From: Octopus sinensis
Taxonomy: Eukaryota
DNA length: 25,530 bases
Direction of reading: 5' to 3'
NCBI RefSeq assembly: GCF_006345805.1
Contig: NW_021836073.1
Coordinates: 1 to 25,530, forward strand
Under the pieces are notes generated by a model. It was not told where the DNA came from. It searched no databases and saw nothing but the letters and a program-made list of their open reading frames with translations. The first letter of the stretch is position 1; every line of letters begins with the position of its first letter. The position numbers and the translations under genes are program-made. Below are positions 1-10,479 of this stretch, in pieces.

Positions 1-91
1 CAAACTTCTTACAACACGCTAGCGCCTATATCTTGTTTTAATGGCATGTGCAAGAAAAGAGAAACGAAAACAATTGCTGAAACCAATGATG

Positions 92-292
92 ATTTCCAAT
101 TTTGAAACAAGGCCGGCAATTTCGAGAAGGAGAAAAAGCGATTGCATCGACTCCAGTACTCACTCATCTAGTATTTATTTTATTGAAGCGGAAAGGTTGA
201 AAGGTAACGTCGATCTCGATGGAAATTGAACTAAGAACGTTAAAAAAGGCGAAATACCGCTAAACATCTCGGCCGGGCGTGTTAACGATTCT
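92..292 (-). mobile_element. Diverged tRNA-derived SINE (Meta/MESC-like central domain)
   Basis: Reverse-strand similarity along its length to the intact copy at 10480 (head remnant ending GATTC near 290, core GAAAGG..GAAAGG..GTCGA, tail AATTTTG..ACAAGGCC). Boundaries approximate. Confidence 0.75.
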
Positions 293-703
293 TATTTCTT
301 TATTGCCCAAAAGGGGCTAAACACAGAGGAGACAAACAAGGACAGACAAAGGAGTAAGTCGAATACATCGACCCTAGTGCGTAACTGGTACTTAATTTAT
401 CGACCCCGAAAAGATGAAAGGCAAAGTCGACCTCGGCGGAATTTGAACTCAGAACGTAACGGCAGACGAAATACCTATTGCTCTACTACTCACAAGGGGC
501 TAAACACAGAGAGGACAAACAAGGACAGACAAACGGATTAAGTCGATTACATCGACCCCAGTGCGTAACTGGTACTTATTTAATCGACCCCGAAAGGATG
601 AAAGGCAAAGTCGACCTCGGCGGAATTTGAACTCAGAACGTAACGGCAGACGAAATATCGCTAAGCATTTCGCCTGGCGTGTTAACGATTCTGTCAGCTC
701 AAC
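293..703 (-). mobile_element. tRNA-derived SINE, head plus two tandem 184-bp body units
   Basis: Two near-identical blocks (ATCGACCCCGAAA.GATGAAAGGCAAAGTCGACCTCGGCGGAATTTGAACTCAGAACGTAACGGCAGACGAAATA) end at 475 and 659. B box reads GTTCAAATTCC on the minus strand and the A-box head lies near 680-700. Confidence 0.9.
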
Positions 704-1394
704 CCCATCGCTAAAGTTAATATTTCTGTATATTGACATAGATGACTATTTCTATACCAAATGTTGGCACCAATTTAGAAAGGAAAAAAAAAAAAAACAT
801 TTTAGAAAATTCTGTATTGATAGCGACGAAAATTTTCCAGCGAAATTTATGCTTTTAAAATAAAAAAAATTTATAAGGTCCACTGAATATTTTTAACATT
901 CCTTATTAGATTATTCATTTTTGCTATTCTAATTTAAATAAGTTTTCGTTTTTTATAAACTTATTCAGAATGTTTGTAACAAATCATTTTAAGAGTTAAT
1001 ATATTAAAAGTTTCGAAGACTTATCTTGCATTAAGTTTTATTATATACGTGTGCAAAAAATATATTTCAAACCACTAAATCTAAATGGAAATTCAAATAA
1101 TATAAATGAAAAACTAGGCGAAATTTGTGGTACGGAACTCACTTAATATATATAAAATGTAACAATAAAAATCTGATTTATTTTCAACATTTTCATTTGG
1201 AAATATTTTTCTTTGTTTTTTGTTGTTGTTTTTTTTGTTTTTGTTATCAGATAAAAGGTTACTCGTTTTAAATGTCACTCAGCATCTGAATTTCACAGGG
1301 AATAACTCGTACCAACATGGTACCAATTTATGTAAAATCTAATTTTACATCTTTGAAACGCTTTTCTTTGAAAACTTTATTTTTGTCTCTATTG

Positions 1395-1404
1395 TATATG
1401 TATG

Positions 1405-1495
<91 letters not shown>
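1395..1495. repeat. (TA)n microsatellite
   Basis: Interrupted TA dinucleotide run seen directly. Confidence 0.95.
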
Positions 1496-1497
<2 letters not shown>

Positions 1498-1716
1498 GCA
1501 CACACACATATATAATTCTGTACATGCATACATAAAATTATATTTGAACGTATTGTTTCATCTTTAAGGTTAGTTTCGTCTTGTGAGGGCCGTATGTAGT
1601 TATGACCTTTTTATATGATTCCAATTTAGTGAGATTTATGCTGCTGATGATCATCTGTAAACAAACGGGAGAAAATGTATTCAATGCTTGCAGTTGCAGT
1701 GGAATTCAACTGTTAC

Positions 1717-1813
1717 ATTCTATAAAACCGTAACTACGGAACACATCGATGACGTAATCGAAAACTGCAGCATAAAAAATGGGTCCTAAAAATTGGACTT
1801 TTATCTATCTCGC
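1717..1813 (-). pseudogene. Candidate exon with an in-frame TAG (AR*IKVQFLGPIFYAAVFDYVIDVFRSYGFIE)
   Basis: Acceptor ttttccattgtgttttatag, weak donor GTAACA at 1716. The stop would be avoided if the TAG itself (1805-1807) is the acceptor. Family not recognised. Confidence 0.25.
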
Positions 1814-2024
1814 CTATAAAACACAATGGAAAATTGAAAGCTTTAGCTATATGAACCAATAATACGATCTACAAATCTAAGCATCAGCATAGGAGTAAAT
1901 GAGATGGGGAACCTCCAGCGCTGAGTTAACCATAAAACAAAATAAATTCGTGCTTAGGGTATCACAGGAAATGGGGAACCACAGAAACAGGAAATTGTTT
2001 AGAGCACACAAAAGAAAAAAGCAC

Positions 2025-2120
2025 CTGAAACTTGCTAAAATAATATTCGAAGTCGTTTATATCATCGGAAAAATAATTTTGAAGTGTTTATGGTGTCATA
2101 GTGAGGATCTGATCAAATAC
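2025..2120 (-). pseudogene. Candidate 96-nt exon with an in-frame TAA (VFDQILTMTP*TLQNYFSDDINDFEYYFSKFQ), or a terminal/UTR exon
   Basis: Strong acceptor (gctaac branch-like motif plus tttctttttttatttgcaag), donor CAG|GTGCTT. All three frames contain a stop. Confidence 0.3.
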
Positions 2121-2273
2121 CTTGCAAATAAAAAAAGAAATGTAGGAGTTAGCTTTTGAAATATAAATAAACTGGAAGTATTTAAAAATAAACATTATTT
2201 TCCATAAAAATAGAAATATTACATTTCTGAATATCTCAGAGAGATATAAGCAGTAGTGGTATGATAAAGTAGC

Positions 2274-2507
2274 TGTATACTGTCAACTTAATGTGACGGT
2301 CCCATGAAGGGAATCACACCACGGCTATTTAGCTCTAGGAAGCATCAACGCTTCCTGTCGGCCTTGACACATTTCCTGTGTCCCCTTGTAAACATAAGGA
2401 TACAGGAAATGTGTCAAGGCCGACAGGAAGCGTTGATGCTTCCTAGGGCTAAATAGCAGTGGTGTGATTCCCTTCATGGGACTGTCACATTAAGCTGACA
2501 GTATACA
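2274..2507. mobile_element. Palindromic MITE-like element (110-bp arms, 14-nt loop), probably Tc1/mariner type with TA target
   Basis: 2274-2383 is the reverse complement of 2398-2507 with 5 mismatches (2286, 2298, 2323, 2334, 2380). Ends read TGTA-TACTGTCA...TGACAGTA-TACA. Confidence 0.8.
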
Positions 2508-3824
2508 ATTATTTTCCATCTTATTTTTAAATCTTGTTTCGTTTATTTCATGCCTTATTAATGGTTGTATATTGAATTATGTGTTCATGGGCGCACCGAA
2601 ACCTTTTAAGTGTTTAGGGTCTCTATCAGTCTTAATACGGCACTGCTTCGTACTGCAAACAAAGAAGAAAATTCATAAATCAAGTAGTTTTGAACCTGGT
2701 TAGGGGAACTCGTTTAGGTGCATCACATTCTATTATCACGAATTCACAATAATATTAATTTGGCATCTACACACTGTAGGTAAAATGAAACTCTCAAATT
2801 AGATTAGATGCATCTATAAAAAATTTCTTTTGTTAAAACATAGATATGCTGCTGCTGCTGCTGCTAGTGTTGTTATTGTTGTTGTTAAACCACAGGTAAA
2901 TGCTGATCTAGCAAACACATATATGATCAAGGACTTTCAAGCTGTGAATATTCTGGGCTTTTATTAAAACTTCATGTATTTTATTAAAACTTCATGCTTT
3001 ATAAACTGCCTTTTTAATATTCTTCTTCTTTTTTTTTTTCAAGTAAGTGGAGTTGTAATTTCAGATGGGGTTTAGTTTCTATTTCTAGTAGACATAACGA
3101 GAATCTCTCGCCTGTTCCAAGCTTGGATTTGTTACAAATGAGAGAATTTGATAGGAATATTTGATCAGTACAACTGCTTATAGTTGTTTAGAGACCACAG
3201 AAGACATAAGAATAAGGAAAGAAGAATCGTTAGTCAAAGTGATTATGAATGTAAAAGTAGTAATTACTCAAATGAAACGAGAATTAAACGAGATTCTCGA
3301 CTAGTTGTCGGTATGTAATATTTACAAAATTTTCACAAAAATTAATGCTCTAATTGGCGTAGTTCATTAATAAATCACATACTATTCAATTCAATACGTT
3401 CAAACATAATAAAATACTTTGATGCATTCCTTGCCAATATTCATCTTTGAATTATTAATTTGACAAATCAGCTTTAAAATTTGCGACAGTGGCTTCAGTT
3501 TATCCGTATTCATGCTTAATTAACGAATAAAATTTCATATTTCGATAAATATATGTGAAATTGTGTGATAAAGTTGCTGTTATGATAACAAATATGATGT
3601 AGCTTTTATGCAGGTACATCATTTATAAATATCCAAAACTCTATTTATATAAATACTAAATTTGCTGTCAAGTGGTACAGAACGGGAAGTTGTTTTGGAG
3701 ATAAATAAAAGCGATATATTAATGGCGTTGTTAGTTCCTCGTTGAGTATGGAAATATCAACTGATTTCATTCAATGATAATTTACTGCTTTTAATGTAAA
3801 CACATTCGAATACATTTATGCAAT

Positions 3825-3904
3825 ATTACTATATATATATATATATATATAATATATATATATATAATATATATACATACATATATATATGCAATACTAC
3901 TATA

Positions 3905-3947
<43 letters not shown>

Positions 3948-4260
3948 TATATATATGTATATGCAATATTACTATATTATATATATATATTGTGTGTGTG
4001 TGTAAATATATATATACCACTGGATACATAAGTATATAAATGAATACATAATACATACTTCTTGACGGCATGAGCTACTCTCTCATACATACATGCATAC
4101 ACACATATATATACATACCTACATATATATACATATATATAATATATTATATATATATATATATTTACTCACACACACATACACACATATAAACATGTAA
4201 ATAAATAAACATGTATAAGGAGACATAAGTATAAGTGGATATATATATATGCATATGCGT
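3825..4260. repeat. Compound (TA)n/(CA)n/(TACA)n microsatellite field
   Basis: Seen directly. Source of the IYIY ORFs. Confidence 0.9.
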
Positions 4261-4684
4261 ATACGTTTGTTTGCTCAGTAAATGTTTGCAGGAAAATTTC
4301 AAGCATTGGTATTAATGTTTTTCACCGATGAACGTCACCATTGACTCAGATGCCCTCTTGCAAATATAGCACAGATATAGTTATATAACTAACAGTAAAC
4401 ATTAGCATACAGAAATAAATGACACGCGCGCCAGCGCACTCACGAATACACTCGTATAAATGTATATATATTGGAATGTGTGTATATATGTTGGAATGTG
4501 TGTTTGCAGTTGCATTTGTGAAGCAGTTTTACTTTTAAGCATGTTTGGTTGAATAGACTAATGGAGAATCAATTAAGAATTTTTTTTTTTTACATTCAGT
4601 TATGTAAATCTCTTTAACGGATGGTTGAGTTAGTTGAGAAAGGAGATTGATTAATCATGTAAATGCATATATACAACCATATAT

Positions 4685-4710
4685 ATCTATTTGTGTGTGT
4701 GTGTGTTATG

Positions 4711-4766
<56 letters not shown>

Positions 4767-5095
4767 TATACAGACACACACAAATACACAGGGGCGCACG
4801 CGTAAGACTTCATCCAATAATCCAGTTTATTCTGGAAGAAAGGTTGCTGATAAATTCATAAAAAATGTAATGTATATATGAATATCTATGCATATATATA
4901 ATATGTGTGTGTGTGTTGTGTGTGTGTGTGTTTGTATGTATATATATATAAATATACATGTGTGTGTGTATGTATATCTTTATATGTATGTGTGTGTAGA
5001 TATATAAATGTGTGTGTGTGTATACATATATATGCATATTTGTGTGTGCATGTTTGACTGTATGTGCATGTGATGCGTATATACGTATATATGTG
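4685..5095. repeat. Compound (TG)n/(TA)n microsatellite field
   Basis: Seen directly, with a short unique spacer near 4790-4870. Confidence 0.9.
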
Positions 5096-5887
5096 TACAC
5101 GGAAAAAATTCAAGACATTTCAACCCGGAAGAAAATCTTCTCAAGCATTCGAAAGTTCACAGAAAATAAAAATAATATGAACACAGGACTCACAACAGGA
5201 ATTCAATGATGCTTAGCACAATTGAAAGAATGCATGAGAAACACCAGGAGTCGAAAGGCAAGACGCTAAAGATGGTGTTTCCTCATCTGTTGTCTGAAAA
5301 CGACTGATGAAAAACCATCACCCGAAACATTACATGATGTATAATCTCTATTCTTCTTTCAACGCCAGTTGTATATAGCGTCTACTGGCGTATTTATGCT
5401 GTTTGCTTGTTTGCTTGTTTTCTTACAATTAAACATGAAGAAACATCATTTCCTCGAATCATAGAGCGCTGCATTTGTACAGTTATGCAACACAAAATAT
5501 ATACGACTAACACACCAATATAAAACGCATTTTAGAAAAGGCAATCATTAACACACACACACACACACAACACACACACACACACAAACAGACACGTGCG
5601 CAAACAAGCTGATTCGCAAAGAAATAGGAACGCTTTGCATACATTAGTTTGTTGCTTATTATTTTCATGAATAGAGACAAAGTTCCTGCTGAGAAAAATC
5701 TGCTTCTTGAAGGAGGGTTTGTACTCAAAAGGTTAAACGAAATCTCGTGTGTTCTTCCAAACAGCGGTTATTAATGACTGTATATGTATTTCTTTTGTCC
5801 TTGAGAACTTCTGGATATGTATGAATATGTATATGTTTGCGCATGCATATGTGCATGTGTGTGTATGTGTGAGGTGTGTCTGTGTAT

Positions 5888-6090
5888 GGAGGCACATGGC
5901 CTAATGGCTGGTGTATTACATTTATGATCGCAAGAGAAGCTGTGTTGTGTTCTTGTAAAAAAAACCTTTCACTTCACGTTTCTACAGTCTACTCACCTCT
6001 CAACGGGTGACCATGTGACAGCATAGTTAGCGATGAGGCAAGAAGCGAAAGCTACAACAATGCTATAAAGCACACTTTAACCAGTGGTAT
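5888..6090 (+). mobile_element. Decayed tRNA-derived CORE-type SINE
   Basis: Head GGAGGCACATGGCCTAATGG, then GTGTTCTTG..AAAACCTTTCACTTCACGTT, homologous to the fragments at 17689 and 24790. Confidence 0.55.
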
Positions 6091-6138
6091 GCATCAACAT
6101 TCGATTGGCTGGTCGATACAGTGATACAGCGGTATGCC

Positions 6139-6194
<56 letters not shown>

Positions 6195-6218
6195 AATATT
6201 ATATATATATATATATAT

Positions 6219-6445
6219 GTATTTCTTTATTGCCACAAGGGGCTAAACATAGAGGGAACAAACAAGGACAGACAAAGGAATTAAGTCAATTACATCGACC
6301 CCAGTGCGTAAATGGTTTATTTATCGACCTCCGAAAGGATGAAAGGCAAAGTCGACCTAGGCGGAATTTGAACTCAGAACGTAACGGCAGACGAAATGCC
6401 GTTAAGCATTTCGCCCGGCGTGTTAACGATTCTGCCAGCTCACCT
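6219..6445 (-). mobile_element. tRNA-derived SINE (Meta/MESC-like), monomeric
   Basis: Near-identical to one unit plus head of the 293-703 element. The tail end abuts (TA)n at 6140-6218. Confidence 0.92.
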
Positions 6446-6470
6446 CATATATATATATATATATATATAT

Positions 6471-6724
6471 TACTCACGTATATATGTTTATATATGCATG
6501 TATATATACATGTAGATGTAGGTACGTACATATATGTATGTATGCACATATTTTATTTATTAAATTTGTATGACTGAGCGCCCTCGCGTCGTTTCCTTTC
6601 CTCCAAGTAAGTTTTTTATATATAATTATGACGCGAAACTCTATAACCCTTTGCTTGACCTTCCCTTCCTTCCTTGTCTTCCTCTTTGCCTGTCTCTCTT
6701 TTTTACCCTTTCTGGTTTCCTTTC

Positions 6725-6766
<42 letters not shown>

Positions 6767-7324
6767 TCCTCATCTCTCTCACAGTCGGGTGACCACTTCC
6801 TTTCGCTTGCGGCCTCCTACAAGTGAACAGGCTTTTTTCCTGCGCTCTTAAAAATCTTTCCTCGTCTAGGCCAAAAAAGGCCCTCATTGTTTGTTTTTAT
6901 TTCTTGTACTGCATTTTTTTGTAATTGTATTTTTATTTTGTATTTTATTTTGTAATTTTGTTTGTATCGTTTTTACGTCCTTTTTTTGTCACATTTTTTT
7001 CTTTCCTTGTTTTTACCCCTCTGCAAAGGAATTTTATTTGATTCTTTCGCAGGAAGGGCTAGTTCGACGAGTCGTGTTCTGTCCTCACCTTCGAAATACG
7101 CATGGAGTCGAACTAGGGACAGCTGATGAAGGGGAATTTTCCTTGTGTTGTTTGTCTTGTACTCTGTTTTTTCGTTGTTAAAAAAAAGGTCCGTTTCCAT
7201 GTTTGTTTTTACGTTTTCGTTTCTCGTTGAGTTCTACGTCTATTTATGGTATCCTGTACTCACGTATATATACATGTAGATGTAGGTACATAAATATATG
7301 TATGCATATATTTTATTTATTAAA
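6471..7324. mobile_element. Unit bounded by direct repeats (period 786 bp), probable non-autonomous Penelope-like/pseudo-LTR remnant
   Basis: TACTCACGTATATA..TACATGTAGATGTAGGTAC..ATATTTTATTTATTAAA occurs at 6471-6564 and 7257-7324. The interior has hairpins and a CTGATGA at 7123. Family assignment is inference. Confidence 0.5.
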
Positions 7325-7366
7325 AAAATATATATATATGCATATATATGTGTGTGTATATATGTA

Positions 7367-7411
<45 letters not shown>

Positions 7412-7799
7412 ATTTTGCATATATATCATGGGATGAATGCGCATGTCACTAAAATATCAAATCTTCTAATTCCAATAAATATTTATGTTATAAATGTATC
7501 AAGATTCTTTTTCTTAGAGATAATACTAGCTAGTACATATAAGTTACTTTTGACTCTCTTTCTCTCTCCTATACGCAGTATACAAACACTATATATAAAT
7601 ATGTAAAGGTATACGCACACGCGCACACACCACACACATACATACATATATATGCATGTTTCATACCTATATATGCATATATAGGCTCACACGTATGTAC
7701 ACATATATTCATCTATATATGTGTATGTACATGAGTTGTTTGCATTGCATATGCCTCTAGACAAACACGGATATAAAAATAAGAGTTACACAAGGCAAG

Positions 7800-7827
7800 A
7801 TATATATATATATATATGTGTGTGGTG

Positions 7828-7889
<62 letters not shown>

Positions 7890-8126
7890 AGAGAGTGTGT
7901 ATGTATGTATCTATACATACATATAAATACAGTAACAAATATACAAAATTAATTTGTGTATGTGTATATATATATATATATATATCTATATATATATTAT
8001 ATATAAATTATATATATATATGCATATATATACGTATATGTATATATATATATATATGTATATATATAACTTAGATAAGACTTAGATATGTTTCGACCAC
8101 ATGTATATATGTATATGTATATATAC

Positions 8127-8161
<35 letters not shown>

Positions 8162-8170
8162 CGTATATAT
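7800..8170. repeat. Compound (TA)n/(TG)n microsatellite field
   Basis: Seen directly. Confidence 0.9.
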
Positions 8171-8549
8171 AAATGTAGGCAAATATGCACATATACATAC
8201 AAGGTATGGGAGAATATCAGACATTTCTCAATTTCCATAAAAGATTGATTACAAATATTTATCTCAATATATTCCCGTATAATAAATGTTATAAACATAC
8301 AGACAAGGATAATTACGAAAAATGAGACATATAACGATGTAACCGTAGGTAGTGGAACCGATACATACATATAAGAAGTTTGCGATTCCAACAGAATTAC
8401 CATCACAGAAATAAACATAAATAAATGATAATATAGAAAGAAAGCTTTCTCTCTCTCTCCTCTTTTCCTGTCTTTTTCTTTTTTTTTTTTTTGGCGTTGC
8501 ACTCACAATGGCAAGATCACAGTTTCGATTCCCAGAGTGGTTGTTTGTT

Positions 8550-8730
8550 GTGGGGCGGGGAGACTAGTCGTTTACATCGACCACAGTGTTTAACTGGTAC
8601 TTACTTTATAGACCCCGAAAGGATGAAAGCCAAAGTCGACCTCGACGGAATTTGAACTCTCAACGTACCGACGGGCGAAATCCCGCTATGCATTTCGTCC
8701 GGCGTGCTATCTATTCTGCCAAGCTCGTCG
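8550..8730 (-). mobile_element. tRNA-derived SINE (Meta/MESC-like)
   Basis: Core GACCCCGAAAGGATGAAAGCCAAAGTCGACCTCG and head ending TTCTGCCAAGCTCGTCGC. Confidence 0.85.
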
Positions 8731-8760
8731 CTTTAGTAATAACAATAATCTTTTCTACTA

Positions 8761-8912
8761 AAGGCACAAGGCCTGAAATTTTGTTGGAGGGAACTAATCG
8801 ATTACATTGACCCCAGTCTTTCGCTGTTACTTAATTTATCGTCCTCAACAGGATGAAAGACAAAGTCGACCTATTTTGCCCGTAGTGCTAATGATTCGTC
8901 AGGCCCACCGCC

Positions 8913-8915
<3 letters not shown>
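8761..8915 (-). mobile_element. tRNA-derived SINE (Meta/MESC-like), internally deleted
   Basis: Tail GGCACAAGGCCTGAAATTTT and core GGATGAAAGACAAAGTCGACCT joined directly to the head. The B-box segment is missing. Confidence 0.75.
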
Positions 8916-8957
<42 letters not shown>

Positions 8958-9162
8958 TCAAATTTTGGCACAGGGCCAGCAATTTCGCGGAGGGGGTAAG
9001 GCGATTGCATCAACTCCCATTATTCAAATGGTACTTGTTTTATCGACCCCGGAAGAGATGAAAAATCAAAGTCCACCTCGGCGGAATTGAAACCCAGAAC
9101 GTAAAGACGGACGAAATACCACCAAGTATTTTGTCCGGTGTGCTAACGAGTCTGCCAACTCT
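8958..9162 (-). mobile_element. tRNA-derived SINE (Meta/MESC-like) with (ATT)n 3' tail at 8915-8953
   Basis: AAATTTTGGCACAGGGCCAGC tail, core and head recognisable against the other copies. Confidence 0.85.
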
Positions 9163-9167
9163 TAACG

Positions 9168-9199
9168 CTCTAATAATAATAACAATAATAATAATAATA

Positions 9200-9259
<60 letters not shown>
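9168..9259. repeat. (AAT)n microsatellite
   Basis: Seen directly. Confidence 0.95.
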
Positions 9260-9261
<2 letters not shown>

Positions 9262-9380
9262 GCCATATTTACTTTATCATTGGTGCATGGAATGATTAAA
9301 GATGAAGTCAAGTCCGGGTGGAATCAATATAGGAACGTAACGGAATTAACAGAAAAATAAATGAATAGATAAATACTGCA

Positions 9381-9792
9381 CTACATCACTCTCCACTCAT
9401 CACCCTCATTGCCATGATGATAATAGTAACGGTAACAGCACCAAAAGAAGAAGAAGAAGAAGAAGAAGAAGAAGAAGAAGAAGAAGAAGAAGAAGAGAAG
9501 AAGAAGAAGAAGAAGAAAAGAAGATGAAGAAGAGAAGAAGAAGAAGAAGAAGAAGAAGAAGAAGAAGAAGAAGAAGAAGAAGAAGAGAAGAAGAAGAAGA
9601 GAAGAAGAAGAAGAAGAAGAAGAAGAAGAAGAAGAAGAAGAAGAAGGTTGTGGTGATGATTGAGGTGGGGGTTTGATGATGAGCGACTTCAGAGAATTAG
9701 ATGTCTCCTGGTAGATATAGCTATCAATCCCAGTAGACGACAATATATTATCAGTAAAAGGTAGACGAGATAAATATCCAAATATAAAACAC
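9381..9792 (-). CDS. Candidate exon D of an unknown membrane protein: (W)CFIFGYLSRLPFTDNILSSTGIDSYIYQETSNSLKSLIIKPPPQSSPQP then a (TTC)n-encoded S/L/F tract
   Basis: Acceptor cctttctatttccag at 9793-9794. The phase-2 join with exon C gives TGG and extends the 9381..9743 ORF upstream without a stop. The 3' end is uncertain because no strong donor precedes the repeat. Confidence 0.6.
9445..9646. repeat. (GAA)n trinucleotide repeat, about 200 bp with single-base interruptions
   Basis: Seen directly. Confidence 0.97.
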
Positions 9793-10244
9793 CTGGAAAT
9801 AGAAAGGTCGAGAAAGATTGAAAACTAGAAATAATAATCCCATAATAATAATAGGTATACTAGAATAGACAAATAGATTAGCAATTTTGCAGCACCAACA
9901 CAGATATAAAATAACGTATGATGAATAAACCAATGAGAAAACTTCTGCCAGCGGCGTACATAACGGAAGTGGTAGGTTAGCTCCGCTCGCCCTTCAAAAG
10001 CAGTGAATCTTCTTCATAAGAATTCTTTTCTTGCAGTATTATGATGTTATAATCTGGTTGTAATTTGTTTTTAAATCTAATAATACATACTCCGTTGGAA
10101 AGATTAAACTGTATTATATACAGAAATAGCTTAACGTTTCCATATTTGTTTTTCAGTAAATCTCATGCGAAAATAGTTTTTCCAACATGGCAGTAAAAAA
10201 CACAGCACGCCTATGACCGTACGCCACGGGTAGATGTATATAGT

Positions 10245-10249
10245 TAGAT

Positions 10250-10336
<87 letters not shown>

Positions 10337-10366
10337 ATATATATATATATATAGATATATATATAT
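10245..10366. repeat. (TA)n microsatellite
   Basis: Seen directly. Confidence 0.95.
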
Positions 10367-10479
10367 TAAATATTTTTTTCTAAGAAAAATCTGTAGAGGT
10401 AATCTTAAAAAGTGATTGAATAGCACTGCGAACACGGTAGAACACTGTCTGACTTACAAATCATTATATTTGGTAGCAA

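Noticed and set aside
300-700. Repeat-spacer appearance suggesting a CRISPR array
   Set aside because: The units are 184-bp SINE bodies in eukaryotic DNA, with no unique spacers and no cas genes.
561-863. Recurrent peptide RPRKDERQSRPRRNLNSERNGRR in ORFs 561, 6230 and 8586
   Set aside because: It is the antisense translation of the SINE core, repeated because the SINE is repeated. It is not a protein domain.
2585-2780. Strong minus-strand acceptors near 2653 and 2774 giving CVDAKLILF-TKQCRIKTDRDPKHLKG
   Set aside because: The phases can be made to fit, but the donors are weak and CAGTGCCGTATTAAG looks like a DNA-transposon end. Cannot be separated from chance.
2959-2996. 18-bp direct repeat TTTTATTAAAACTTCATG with period 20
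   Set aside because: Ordinary slippage duplication, like the 13-bp one near 12293-12320.
3190-3311. Plus-strand exon-like segment DHRRHKNKERR...RIKRDSRLVV with donor GTATGT
   Set aside because: Poor acceptor, no partner exon found, and opposite strand to the better-supported gene.
5101-5169. F-x5-L-x2-H-x3-H zinc-finger-like pattern (FNPEENLLKHSKVH)
   Set aside because: No correctly spaced Cys pair, no neighbouring fingers, and a stop follows immediately.
5300-5345. CTGATGA...GAAAC hammerhead-like spacing
   Set aside because: The intervening sequence cannot form helix II, and helix I does not pair.
6574-6642. CTGAG..CGCGTC/GACGC-GAAAC as a hammerhead
   Set aside because: The 5' core is not CUGANGA and does not abut the stem.
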